Shown piece by piece: positions 29,767-38,721 of a stretch of 64,000 nt of DNA. The DNA lies in the NCBI GenBank assembly GCA_965220965.1, contig OZ244852.1:352001-416000 (forward strand). The letters are read 5' to 3'. Each line of letters begins with the position of its first letter. The stretch's first letter is position 1. The notes under the pieces were generated by a model that was not told the origin of the DNA, did no database searches, and worked only from the letters and a program-made list of their open reading frames with translations. The position numbers were made by a program, and so were the translations under genes. This DNA is from Candidatus Marinacidobacterium sp. GTDB lineage: Bacteria > Acidobacteriota > Vicinamibacteria > Marinacidobacterales > Marinacidobacteraceae.

Positions 29767-29950
29767 AGCAGCCTGTTGACAAAGTCACGCGGCGTTCGAG
29801 CGGCGATGCATCCCGCCCGAACCGCGCCCCTTCGGGCCGCTCATCGTTGCGTTTCGCTCGGAATATTCCTCATATGCCTCGCTCACGCGCCTTGTCGGCC
29901 GGGCGCCTCACCGCTCTCGGCGCTGCACGGGACTTCATCAACAGGCTGCT
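29767..29950. mobile_element. MITE/REP-like non-autonomous element with terminal inverted repeats
   Basis: Left end AGCAGCCTGTTGACAAAGTCACG versus reverse complement of the right end AGCAGCCTGTTGATGAAGTCCCG (20/23 identical). 184 bp, no convincing ORF. Confidence 0.75.
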
Positions 29951-29952
29951 AA

Positions 29953-30822
29953 GTGCGGGCCTACCTCGACGCCGTGCGCCGGGTCCTGGAGACCGGGACC
30001 CGGCGTCCGAACCGCACCGGCGTGGACACGCTGTCGGTCTTCAACCTGAACTACGAAGTCCGGCTGGACCGCGGCTTTCCGCTGCTGACCACGAAGAAGA
30101 TCGCGTGGAAGAACATCGTGCTGGAGAACCTCTGGTTCCTCTCCGGTGAGCCCCGGATCGATCTCCTCCGCAAACACGGCTGCGGGTTCTGGGACCCCTG
30201 GGCGGACGCCGCCGGAGGCGTCCCGAGCGCCTACGGGGCGCTCTGGCGCCGTCATCCCGGCCCGCGCGGCGCGAACGACCAGATTCGCTGGGTGCTCGAC
30301 GAACTGCGGCGGAATCCGACCTCCCGGCGACTGGTGGTCAGCGCCTGGTCCCCGGACAACGCCCAGTCGAGCGCGCTGCCGCCGTGCCATTTCGCCTTCG
30401 TCCTGAATGTCCAGAACGACCGCGCCGGCGAGCCCCGCCTGAACCTGCACCTGACCCAGCGGAGCTGTGACATCGCGCTCGGCCTCCCCTACAACATCGC
30501 GGGCTACGCGCTCCTGCTGCACCTGTTCTCGGCGTGGTCCGGGATCCGCCCGGGCGTCATGGCGCATTCGCTGGTCGACGCTCACGTCTACACCTCGAAG
30601 GCGGACGGAAGCGGGGCGGAGCAGGACCATGTGCCCGGTCTGATGCGCCAGCTCAACCGCGAGCCGCGGCCGCTCCCCCGGCTTCACCTGTCTCCGACGG
30701 TGAGTTCCTCGCTCGACGGCGCGCTGTCGATCATCGATCGGGACCTCGACGAGATCCTCTCCCACTTCCGGATCGAGGACTACGATCCCCACCCGCCGAT
30801 CCGGTTCGCCGTCGCGGTATGA
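29953..30822 (+). CDS. thyA: Thymidylate synthase
   Basis: RTG, FPLLTTKK, LPPCH, QRSCD, GLPYN, DAHVY. Confidence 0.95.
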   Translation: MRAYLDAVRRVLETGTRRPNRTGVDTLSVFNLNYEVRLDRGFPLLTTKKIAWKNIVLENLWFLSGEPRIDLLRKHGCGFWDPWADAAGGVPSAYGALWRRHPGPRGANDQIRWVLDELRRNPTSRRLVVSAWSPDNAQSSALPPCHFAFVLNVQNDRAGEPRLNLHLTQRSCDIALGLPYNIAGYALLLHLFSAWSGIRPGVMAHSLVDAHVYTSKADGSGAEQDHVPGLMRQLNREPRPLPRLHLSPTVSSSLDGALSIIDRDLDEILSHFRIEDYDPHPPIRFAVAV

Positions 30823-31376
30823 CGGAGCGGGGAGCCCGGCCGTTCCCCGACTGGGCCCTCGACGCCGAGGCGCTTCCGCCGGCCCCGTTCCGGGCCAGCA
30901 TGGCGGCGCTGTCCCCCGAAGGGATCATCGGCGTCGACCAGACGATCCCCTGGGACTATCCGGCCGACGTGCGACGGCTCTGGCGACTCACCCGCGGCGC
31001 AACCGTCGTGTTCGGCCGACTCACCTGGGAGACGCTCCCGCGGCGCCCGCTCCGTCGCCGACGAAATCTGGTCGTGAGCCGGAGCCCGGTCGAGGGGGCG
31101 GAGTCCTTCCGGTCGGTCGCCGCCGCGGTGGCCGCCTGCCCGGGGGAGACGGTCTGGTTCCTGGGCGGCGCGCGCATCTACCAGGAAGCCATGGACCACG
31201 CCGACTTCCTCGACATCACGCGCATCCCCGACGCCGTCCGGCCCCCTCCCGGGGCCCGGACGATCTTCTTCCCGCGCATCGACCCGGCCCGCTGGATCGC
31301 GGGCCCCCTGATTCCGGACCCCGTCGAACCCGGGGTCACCCGGCGCCGCTATCTCCGGCGGAAGGACCTCTCATGA
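30819..31376 (+). CDS. folA: Dihydrofolate reductase
   Basis: GIIG..IPW..PAD, FGRLTWETL, RPLRRRRNLVVSR, LGGARIY. ATGA overlap with thyA. Confidence 0.88.
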   Translation: MTERGARPFPDWALDAEALPPAPFRASMAALSPEGIIGVDQTIPWDYPADVRRLWRLTRGATVVFGRLTWETLPRRPLRRRRNLVVSRSPVEGAESFRSVAAAVAACPGETVWFLGGARIYQEAMDHADFLDITRIPDAVRPPPGARTIFFPRIDPARWIAGPLIPDPVEPGVTRRRYLRRKDLS

Positions 31377-31762
31377 GCGAAACGAACATCACCCTGATCG
31401 CCGGCCCCGGCCTGCCGAAGCCGGCCGGACCCTACAGCCCCGCGGCGCGCGCGGGAAACCTGGTCTTCGTGTCCGGGCAGGTCGGCGTCGACCCGGCGAC
31501 CGGGGCGACGCCCGACGGCGTCGAAGCCCAGACCGAGCAGGTCCTGCGGAACATCGCCAGCATCCTGGAGCAGGCGGGGTCCGGTCTCGACCGCGTCGTG
31601 CGCTGCGGCGTCTTCGTGGCCGACATGAGCCGGTTCGCCGAGATGAACGCGGCCTATGAGCGCATGTTCGGGGATCACCGCCCCGCCCGCACCACGATCG
31701 AGCCGCAGGCCCTCCCGGGGTCCGGCTTCCTCGTGGAGATCGACGCGATCGCGGTGGTCTGA
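31373..31762 (+). CDS. RidA/YjgF imine deaminase
   Basis: GPYSPA, FVSGQ, PART, VEIDAIA. Confidence 0.9.
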   Translation: MSETNITLIAGPGLPKPAGPYSPAARAGNLVFVSGQVGVDPATGATPDGVEAQTEQVLRNIASILEQAGSGLDRVVRCGVFVADMSRFAEMNAAYERMFGDHRPARTTIEPQALPGSGFLVEIDAIAVV

Positions 31763-31783
31763 CGCCGGGGCGCGACGGTAGCG

Positions 31784-33343
31784 TCAGCGCCCCGGGGCGT
31801 CCTCCCCGGAGGCGGGCGCCGCCACCGGCTCGAGGGTGAGCGGATCGCGCGCCGGCAGGTGGGTGACCCCGCCGCCGAGGAGATCGGCCATCGAGGCGCG
31901 GCCCTCCGGGTCGCCTCCCGAAATGTCGTCCCAGATCCCCACGACGAGCATCACCATCTCCTCCGGCTTCAGGTACTTCCGCGCCGCCGCCTGAACGTCC
32001 TCGACGGTCACGGCTTCCACCTGCTCCCGCCACCGGGACCAGTAGGCGTGATCGCGGCCGAGGAACGCGTCGGTGGCGAAGATGGAGGCCCGGGCGCCGG
32101 CGCTCTCGAACCGGCGCGGGAAGCTGTCCACCAGCGCCCGGCGGGCGAGTTCCAGCTCCGCTTCGGAGACCGGTTCGTCCCGGATCCGGTTGAGCTCCTC
32201 GAACGCGATGACCGCGGCGAGCGCGACGGTCGGGCTCTTCGACTGATAGCCCACCGAATAGCCGCTCGGCCCCACCGGGTCGAAGCGGAAGCGGCCGCCG
32301 GCGCCGTAGGCGAGGCCCTCATCCGAGCGGATCCGCTGCATGATCCGGGATGTGAATCCGCTCGCGCCCAGAATGTGGTCCATGACCTGGATCGCGGCGC
32401 GCTCCGGGTTCTCCCAGTCGTCCCACCGGGGCGCCAGGCTGCCGATGCGCACCTTGCCCTGGGGGATGTCCTTCTCCAGGTGGTAGACGCCGGGCTCGGG
32501 GCTCGCCGGCTCGCTTTCGGGAGGCCACGCGAACGCCGGCGCGGCGCCCGCCTCGGGCCACTCGGCAAGCTTCGCCTCCAGAGTGCTCAGGATCTCCCCG
32601 GTGTCCACATCGCCGGACACCGCGAACACCATGTGTTCGGGCCGCCAGTAGCTTTGGTGGAACTCCCGGAGGTCGTCGGTGGTGATCGCGTCGAGGTGCG
32701 CGGTGGTCATCCGCCGGCCGCGATAGTGCCCCTCGCCGTAGAGGAGCAGGCTCCATTCGCGGGCCAGCATCCCGTCGGCGTCATCGTTCCGCTGCTTCAG
32801 ATCCTCGAGGATGTTCTCCTTGCGGATCCCGAAACGGGTCTCGTCGAACCGGGGTCGCCGCAGCACGTCGAAGAAGAGATCGAGGCTGTCGGAGAACACC
32901 GGAGTGATCGTCCGGAGCGAGGCGGTCGCCTGGGTGTCCCCGGAGTTCGTGGAGATCCGGGCGGCGAGGAACTCGATCCGCTCGTCCAGCTCCTCCGGAC
33001 CCCGGTCCCCGGCGCCGCCATCGCGCATCATGACCGCGGTCAGCGAGGAGAGCCCCACCTGATCCGCCGGATCCAGGAAGCCTCCGATGCGCAGCGTCGC
33101 CTGGATCCGGATCAGCGGCAGGGTGTGGTCCTCGACCACGATGACCGGCGTCCCGTTCGCGAGCTGGTGGTGGACTTCGGTCCCGTCCGGCACATCGAAC
33201 ACGAAGTCCGGGAAGACGAGCTCCTCGGGACGGTCGGGGATCGCCCCGTCCTGCGCCGCCGCGGCCGGGGCCGTAAGCGTGGCGACGAGCAGGATCCGGC
33301 CGAGGCCTGCGCGCCGGGGAACGGGAGCGCCGTTGCGCGTCAT
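31784..33343 (-). CDS. M16 peptidase family, non-catalytic partner subunit
   Basis: EDHTLP, no HxxEH, SRIMQRIRSDEGLAY. Signal peptide. ATGA overlap with the upstream M16 gene. Confidence 0.88.
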   Translation of the reverse strand: MTRNGAPVPRRAGLGRILLVATLTAPAAAAQDGAIPDRPEELVFPDFVFDVPDGTEVHHQLANGTPVIVVEDHTLPLIRIQATLRIGGFLDPADQVGLSSLTAVMMRDGGAGDRGPEELDERIEFLAARISTNSGDTQATASLRTITPVFSDSLDLFFDVLRRPRFDETRFGIRKENILEDLKQRNDDADGMLAREWSLLLYGEGHYRGRRMTTAHLDAITTDDLREFHQSYWRPEHMVFAVSGDVDTGEILSTLEAKLAEWPEAGAAPAFAWPPESEPASPEPGVYHLEKDIPQGKVRIGSLAPRWDDWENPERAAIQVMDHILGASGFTSRIMQRIRSDEGLAYGAGGRFRFDPVGPSGYSVGYQSKSPTVALAAVIAFEELNRIRDEPVSEAELELARRALVDSFPRRFESAGARASIFATDAFLGRDHAYWSRWREQVEAVTVEDVQAAARKYLKPEEMVMLVVGIWDDISGGDPEGRASMADLLGGGVTHLPARDPLTLEPVAAPASGEDAPGR

Positions 33344-35178
33344 GGGTTGGCTCCTTCGGGGCCGGGGGCGGCCCCGCCGCTGTCCGCCGCCGAATCCGGC
33401 GGGGGTTCGAGTTCGGCGATCCGGTCCCGGATCACCTGTTCCACGTACTCCAGCGCGCCCGACATTTCCGGCGGCGCCTGGGATCGCATCGCGGAGAACT
33501 GGGCCAGCGCCTGTTCGAGCGCGGCCCGGTCGGTGGACTCCCGGATCTGACGGATCTGCGCCATGACCTGGCTTCGGACGGCGTCGGGCAGGGCCGCCAG
33601 TTCGGTCGGGACCGGCTCCGCCGAAGTCCCCTCCGTGCGGAAATAGTGAGCCACCGCCCGGTTCGTTTCGGTGAAGTACTCCCGGGCGACGCGCTGGACA
33701 TCCTCGGCGGTGACCGCCAGCGTCGCGTCGGCCCACTCGTTCATGTACTCCCAGCTTCCCAGCGAGTCGTAGACGAGGAGCTGGAGCAGGAGGAAGAACC
33801 CGCTGTCGAGCTGTTCCCAGGCCGTGGCGCTCGCCTGGTTCTTGACCTTCTGGATCTCCTCTTCGGGAATGGGCTCCTCCGCGAGGCGCCGCAGCTCCCG
33901 GTGGATCGCCGCTTCCAGCTCCGCCGGCGCGGCCTCTCCGCGGGACTCGGCGGTCACCTGGAAGTAGCCCGCCCACTTGCGGTTGTCGTGGAAGGCGGAG
34001 GCGGAGCTGGCGATCTCGTCGCCGAGCACCATGCTCCGGTAGAGCCGCCCGGTGCGCCCGTTGAGGAGTCCGGCGAGCACATCCAGCGCGTACTGGTCTT
34101 CGTGCCGGAAGGCCACGGTGTGGAACCGGATCGCGACCTGCGGCTGGCAGTCGCAGCGCGCCGTCATGCGCTTCTCGGCGTTCTGCTCCATCTCGAGCGT
34201 CACGACATCGGGCGCCTCGCGGCCGGCCTCGAGCCGCCCGAAGTAGCGCTCGGCCAGCGCCTTCGCTTCGTCCAGATCGAAGTTGCCCACGAGCGCGCCC
34301 GTCAGATTGCCGGGGGCGTAGTAGGTGTCGTAGAAGTCCTCGGCCTGCTCCAGGGTGTACACCCGAAGGTCGGAGGGCCATCCGATGACCGGCCATGAAT
34401 AGGGGTGCGACTGCCAGAACATCGCTTCGAACGCCTCGTCGAACTCCCCGGTCGGAGTGGACTCGGTGCGCAGCCGGCGCTCCTCGTGGACAACGTCGCG
34501 CTCGGCGTAGAACTCCCGGAAGACCGGGCGGAGGAGGCGTTCGGACTCCATCCAGAACCAGAGTTCCAGCCGGTTCTGCGGGACGGTGATGAAGTAGACC
34601 GTCTGGTCGTGGGAGGTGAACGCGTTCATCCCGGTGGCGCCGGCTTCGGTGTAGATCCGGTCGAACTCGTCCTTCACCATGAGGGACCGCTGTTCCTCCA
34701 CCAGTTCGTCGAAGCGGGCGCGCAGATCCAGCAATTCGGGAGGGAGATCCTCCTCGCCGAAGGGGTCCTCGATCCTGCCCAGCCGCGCGTCGCGGCGCCG
34801 GTCCCGGTAGATCGCCCGGACGCGCTCCTGGATCGCCTCCTGCTCCTCGATGATGGCCTGGTCCCGCTCGGCGTCGGTCGTTCCCACCGTGGGCGTGCCC
34901 TTGAACATCATGTGTTCGAAAAAGTGGCTCATCCCGGTGATCCCGGGTCGCTCGTTCGACGATCCCACGTGCGCGGCCCACCCGGCGGAGACCGTGGTCA
35001 TCTCCGGGCGGACCACCGCGAGGAAGCGCATTCCGTTCTCCAGTTGGAACTCCTGGACCGGAACGCGCGACTGGGCGGCGGCGGGGGAGAGCGCGGGCAG
35101 CGCGAAGCCCAACCAGGCGAGGGCGGCGCGCCGCGCAAAGCGTGAGGGCCGGCGGCCCCCGAGCGGGTGTCGGGACAT
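33340..35178 (-). CDS. M16 zinc peptidase, catalytic subunit
   Basis: HFFEHMMFKG (HxxEH), NAFTS, ERDVVHEERR, HPYSWPVIGW. Signal peptide. Confidence 0.9.
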   Translation of the reverse strand: MSRHPLGGRRPSRFARRAALAWLGFALPALSPAAAQSRVPVQEFQLENGMRFLAVVRPEMTTVSAGWAAHVGSSNERPGITGMSHFFEHMMFKGTPTVGTTDAERDQAIIEEQEAIQERVRAIYRDRRRDARLGRIEDPFGEEDLPPELLDLRARFDELVEEQRSLMVKDEFDRIYTEAGATGMNAFTSHDQTVYFITVPQNRLELWFWMESERLLRPVFREFYAERDVVHEERRLRTESTPTGEFDEAFEAMFWQSHPYSWPVIGWPSDLRVYTLEQAEDFYDTYYAPGNLTGALVGNFDLDEAKALAERYFGRLEAGREAPDVVTLEMEQNAEKRMTARCDCQPQVAIRFHTVAFRHEDQYALDVLAGLLNGRTGRLYRSMVLGDEIASSASAFHDNRKWAGYFQVTAESRGEAAPAELEAAIHRELRRLAEEPIPEEEIQKVKNQASATAWEQLDSGFFLLLQLLVYDSLGSWEYMNEWADATLAVTAEDVQRVAREYFTETNRAVAHYFRTEGTSAEPVPTELAALPDAVRSQVMAQIRQIRESTDRAALEQALAQFSAMRSQAPPEMSGALEYVEQVIRDRIAELEPPPDSAADSGGAAPGPEGANP

Positions 35179-35355
35179 GGAAGGCATGGTAGCGAAACGA
35201 TTTTGGCCGGGACTCGCCGGACGCCGCGCGTCCCGCGCCCGCGCCGGCCGATCGGGGCGCCCTGCTACGATGGAGAGTTGCCCCAGTTCCCGGGTCGATC
35301 GTCCGGGACGGCCTTGCCTTTCGGTCAAGGCGCGGGCGCGCGAGGTTTCGTTCTC

Positions 35356-37110
35356 ATGAGTATCCAGCCCGGGGGCCTTGTTCGCCGCCGATTCCTCACC
35401 GCCGCCACCAGCGCGTTCGTTGCGCTGGCGACGGCGTTCGCCCCGCTGGCGGAAGCTCGCAGCACTCCGGTGCGCGCCCGCCACGGCATGGTGGTCTCCC
35501 AGAGCCACATCGCCTCCGAGGTCGGGGCGGTGATCCTCCGCGAAGGGGGGAACGCGGTGGACGCCGCGGTGGCGACCGCCTTCGCGCTCGCGGTGACCCA
35601 CCCCACCGCCGGGAACATCGGCGGCGGCGGATTCCTCGTCTTCCGGTCGGCGAACGGCGAGGCGGTGGCCTACGACTTCCGCGAAATGGCGCCCGCGGCC
35701 GCGACTCCGGAAATGTGGCTCGACGAGAACGGCGAGTACAGCTTCCAGATCCACCACCTGAGCCACAAGGCGGTGGGTGTGCCGGGCACCGTGGCCGGCC
35801 TGAGGCTCGCCTGGGAGCAGCAGGGGAGCCTTCCCTGGGAACGGCTCGTGCGGCCGGCGGTGGAACTGGCGCGCGACGGGTTCGTGGTGTCGCACGGGCT
35901 CGCCGCCTCGCTCGCCCGGGTCCTCGACCGGATGCAGCCGTACCCCGCCTCCGTCGCGCAGTTCTCCAAGGGCGGCGTCCCCTACGAAGCGGGCGAAGTC
36001 CTGCGCCAGCCGGACCTCGCCGGGAGCCTCGAGCGCATTCTGGAGAATGGCGCCGACGGGTTCTACCGGGGCGAGACCGCGGAGCTGCTCGTCCGGGAGA
36101 TGGAGGCCGGAGGCGGCCTGATCACCATGGAGGACCTCGCGAACTACCGCGCCATCGTGCGCGATCCGATCCGCGGCGAGTACCGCGGCTACGAGATCCT
36201 GTCCATGCCGCCGCCGAGCTCCGGCGGGGTCGTGATGGTCCAGATGCTGAACATTCTGGAGGGGTTCGACCTCGCCGGGAACGGATTCGGCTCGGCGCTC
36301 AACATGCATCTCATGGCGGAGGCGATGCGGCGGGCGTATTCGGACCGCGCCCTCCATCTCGGGGACCCGGATTTCAACCCCGCCATGCCGATCGGGCGGC
36401 TCACCTCCAAGGCGTACGCCGACGAGCTGCGGCGCACCATCGATGAGGACCGGGCCTCGGTCTCCTCGCCTTCGAGTTTCGAATGGACATCCGAGAGCGG
36501 CGAGACGACGCACTTTTCCGTCGTGGACCGCGACCGCAACGCGGTATCGCTTACCTACACGCTCGAGTTCGGCTACGGATCGGGGATCGTCGTCCCCGGC
36601 GGCGGCTTCCTCCTGAACAACGAGATGGGCGACTTCAACGGCGCCCCCGGGCTCACCGATGAGCGCGGCCTGATCGGCACCGACCCGAATCTGGCGGAGG
36701 GCGGCAAGCGGATGCTCTCGAGCATGTCCCCGACGATCGTCACCCGCGACGGCAACCTCTTCATGGTGACCGGCACGCCGGGGGGGCGCACGATCATCAA
36801 CACCGTCATGCAGACGATCCTGAACGTGGTGGATCACGGGATGAACGCCCAGGAGGCGGTCGACGCCGGCCGCATGCACCACCAGTGGCTGCCGGACCGG
36901 ATCAACTACGAGCGGCAGAAGTTCTCGCCGGACTCGCTGCGGCTGCTCGAGGCCCGGGGTCACACCCTGAACGAGATCGCGGCGCAGGGCGCCGCCGAAG
37001 TCATCGTGGTCACCGAAGACGGGACGCTCGAGGGCGGCGTGGACCAGCGTCCTCCCGACGGCGGCGCCGGGGTGCACGACGATCTCGTCCCGGCGGGCGG
37101 GAGCAACTGA
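35356..37110 (+). CDS. ggt: Gamma-glutamyltransferase
   Basis: GGNAVDAAVA, GNIGGGGF, ETTHFS (Thr nucleophile), LNNEMGDF, SSMSP. The RRRFL N-terminus may be a Tat signal. Confidence 0.95.
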   Translation: MSIQPGGLVRRRFLTAATSAFVALATAFAPLAEARSTPVRARHGMVVSQSHIASEVGAVILREGGNAVDAAVATAFALAVTHPTAGNIGGGGFLVFRSANGEAVAYDFREMAPAAATPEMWLDENGEYSFQIHHLSHKAVGVPGTVAGLRLAWEQQGSLPWERLVRPAVELARDGFVVSHGLAASLARVLDRMQPYPASVAQFSKGGVPYEAGEVLRQPDLAGSLERILENGADGFYRGETAELLVREMEAGGGLITMEDLANYRAIVRDPIRGEYRGYEILSMPPPSSGGVVMVQMLNILEGFDLAGNGFGSALNMHLMAEAMRRAYSDRALHLGDPDFNPAMPIGRLTSKAYADELRRTIDEDRASVSSPSSFEWTSESGETTHFSVVDRDRNAVSLTYTLEFGYGSGIVVPGGGFLLNNEMGDFNGAPGLTDERGLIGTDPNLAEGGKRMLSSMSPTIVTRDGNLFMVTGTPGGRTIINTVMQTILNVVDHGMNAQEAVDAGRMHHQWLPDRINYERQKFSPDSLRLLEARGHTLNEIAAQGAAEVIVVTEDGTLEGGVDQRPPDGGAGVHDDLVPAGGSN

Positions 37111-37145
37111 TGGATCGGGGCGGCCCCGCCCAAAGGAGACTCACC

Positions 37146-37691
37146 ATGTCCCGGAACCCTGGAGTGGCCTTCGCCGCCTCCGCGGCTGTTCTCTTTGGCG
37201 GCCTCACCGTCGCCGCGGCGCAGGAGTCCGGCCTCGAGGAGGTCTACAACTTCGTTCGGATCGGGGACCGGCTCGCGACCTCCGGCCAGATCACCAACGA
37301 CGAGGTGACGGCGGTGGGAGCCGCCGGTTTCGACGTCGTCGTGAACCTGGCCCCGGCGCGCGAAGACCGCAACTTCGAGGAGGGTTTCCGGGTCGCCGAG
37401 ACCGGGATGACCTACGTCCAGATCCCGGTGGACTGGCGGGATCCGTCACTCCGCGATCTCGAGCTCTTCTTCGACGTCATGGACGCCAACCGCGACCGGC
37501 AGGTCTACGTGCACTGTTTCGCCAACATGCGGGTCTCGGTCTTCGTCTATCTCTACCGCACGCTGCGCGAAGGCGTTTCCGAGGACGAGGCGTGGGCCGA
37601 TGTCCTCAAGGTCTGGGACCCGGGCTCCGACCCGGAGACCGCCCAGTGGCCGCGGTTCATCACCGAGGCGCGACGCCACTTCGGCGGCTGA
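37146..37691 (+). CDS. PTP-like / DUF442 sulfurtransferase-type protein, exported
   Basis: TSGQ, VVNLA, QIPVDW, VHCFANMRVS (CX4R loop). Signal peptide. RBS AAGGAG. Confidence 0.78.
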   Translation: MSRNPGVAFAASAAVLFGGLTVAAAQESGLEEVYNFVRIGDRLATSGQITNDEVTAVGAAGFDVVVNLAPAREDRNFEEGFRVAETGMTYVQIPVDWRDPSLRDLELFFDVMDANRDRQVYVHCFANMRVSVFVYLYRTLREGVSEDEAWADVLKVWDPGSDPETAQWPRFITEARRHFGG

Positions 37692-37713
37692 CGGGGCCGT
37701 CGCCGCCGGGCTG

Positions 37714-38721
37714 CTAGCGCGAGGGGGCGGACCGGTCTCCCCCGCGGAGCGCCCTTTCGTCTTCCGAAAGCCGGTCCAGGTCGGACACGACCAGCGTGCC
37801 GAGACCTTCCGGAGTAAAGACCTCGAGGAGCAGGCTGTCCGGCCCGGCGGGCAGCAAGTGGGCGCGCGCCACCCCTCCTTCGAGGGCCCGGCGGATGCAG
37901 TCCGCTTTCGGCAACATCCCGCCCCGAACGCCGCCCGCCCGCTCCATCCGCTCCAGATCGGCGAGATCGAGGAAGGACACCAGCGAGTCCCGGTCATCCG
38001 GGTCGGTAAGCAGGCCGGGGACGTCCCCGACCAGCACCAGTTTCTCGGCGCCGAGCGCGACCGCGAGCGCTGACGCCACCGTGTCCGCGTTGATGTTCAG
38101 CAGGGTCCCCGCCTCGTCCGCCGAGATCGGGCTGATCACCGGGAGGGCGCCGGTGTCCAGCAGCCGTCCGAGGAGGCTGGTGTCCACTGCGTCGATGTCG
38201 CCGACGAAGCCGTAGTCCACGGTTCTGGGGGCGTCGCCTTCGCGCACCTCGACCGGGGGTCGGCGGTGGGCGCGGATGAGCCCGGCGTCCACCCCGGAGA
38301 GGCCGATCGCCGGAAGCTCCAGATCACGGCAGGCGGCGAGGATCTGGGTGTTGATTTCGCCGTTCAGGACCATGGTCGCCACCCGAAGGGCCTGCTGGTC
38401 CGTCACCCGGCGGCCTCCGACGAACTCGGCGCTGACCCCGAGCGCTCGGGACAGTTCGGTGGACTGCGGTCCCCCGCCGTGGACGAGCACGATCCGGATC
38501 CCGAGCTGGAACAGGAGCGCCACCTGTTCCACGAGGGCGTAGAGGTCGTCCCGGTGGGCCAGGGTGGCGCCCCCGGTCTTGATGACGAAGGTCTTGCCCC
38601 GGAACTTCCGGACGTACGGGGCGGCGTGCTTCAGCGCCCGGACGCGGACGCTTCGCGACGCGCTCCCGTCCGCGCCGGGGACGGCGCGCCCCCGGGAGGA
38701 ATGCGGTTCGCGGGTCGTCAT
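37714..38721 (-). CDS. argB: Acetylglutamate kinase
   Basis: VIKTGG, VHGGGPQ, GRRVTD, NINADTVA, GGMLPK. Confidence 0.93.
   Translation of the reverse strand: MTTREPHSSRGRAVPGADGSASRSVRVRALKHAAPYVRKFRGKTFVIKTGGATLAHRDDLYALVEQVALLFQLGIRIVLVHGGGPQSTELSRALGVSAEFVGGRRVTDQQALRVATMVLNGEINTQILAACRDLELPAIGLSGVDAGLIRAHRRPPVEVREGDAPRTVDYGFVGDIDAVDTSLLGRLLDTGALPVISPISADEAGTLLNINADTVASALAVALGAEKLVLVGDVPGLLTDPDDRDSLVSFLDLADLERMERAGGVRGGMLPKADCIRRALEGGVARAHLLPAGPDSLLLEVFTPEGLGTLVVSDLDRLSEDERALRGGDRSAPSR

Noticed and set aside
31784-34981. 1065-aa ORF suggesting a fused M16 peptidase
   Set aside because: The N-terminal half is an off-frame overlap with the catalytic subunit gene. Two separate ATGA-coupled genes, each with a signal peptide, explain it.
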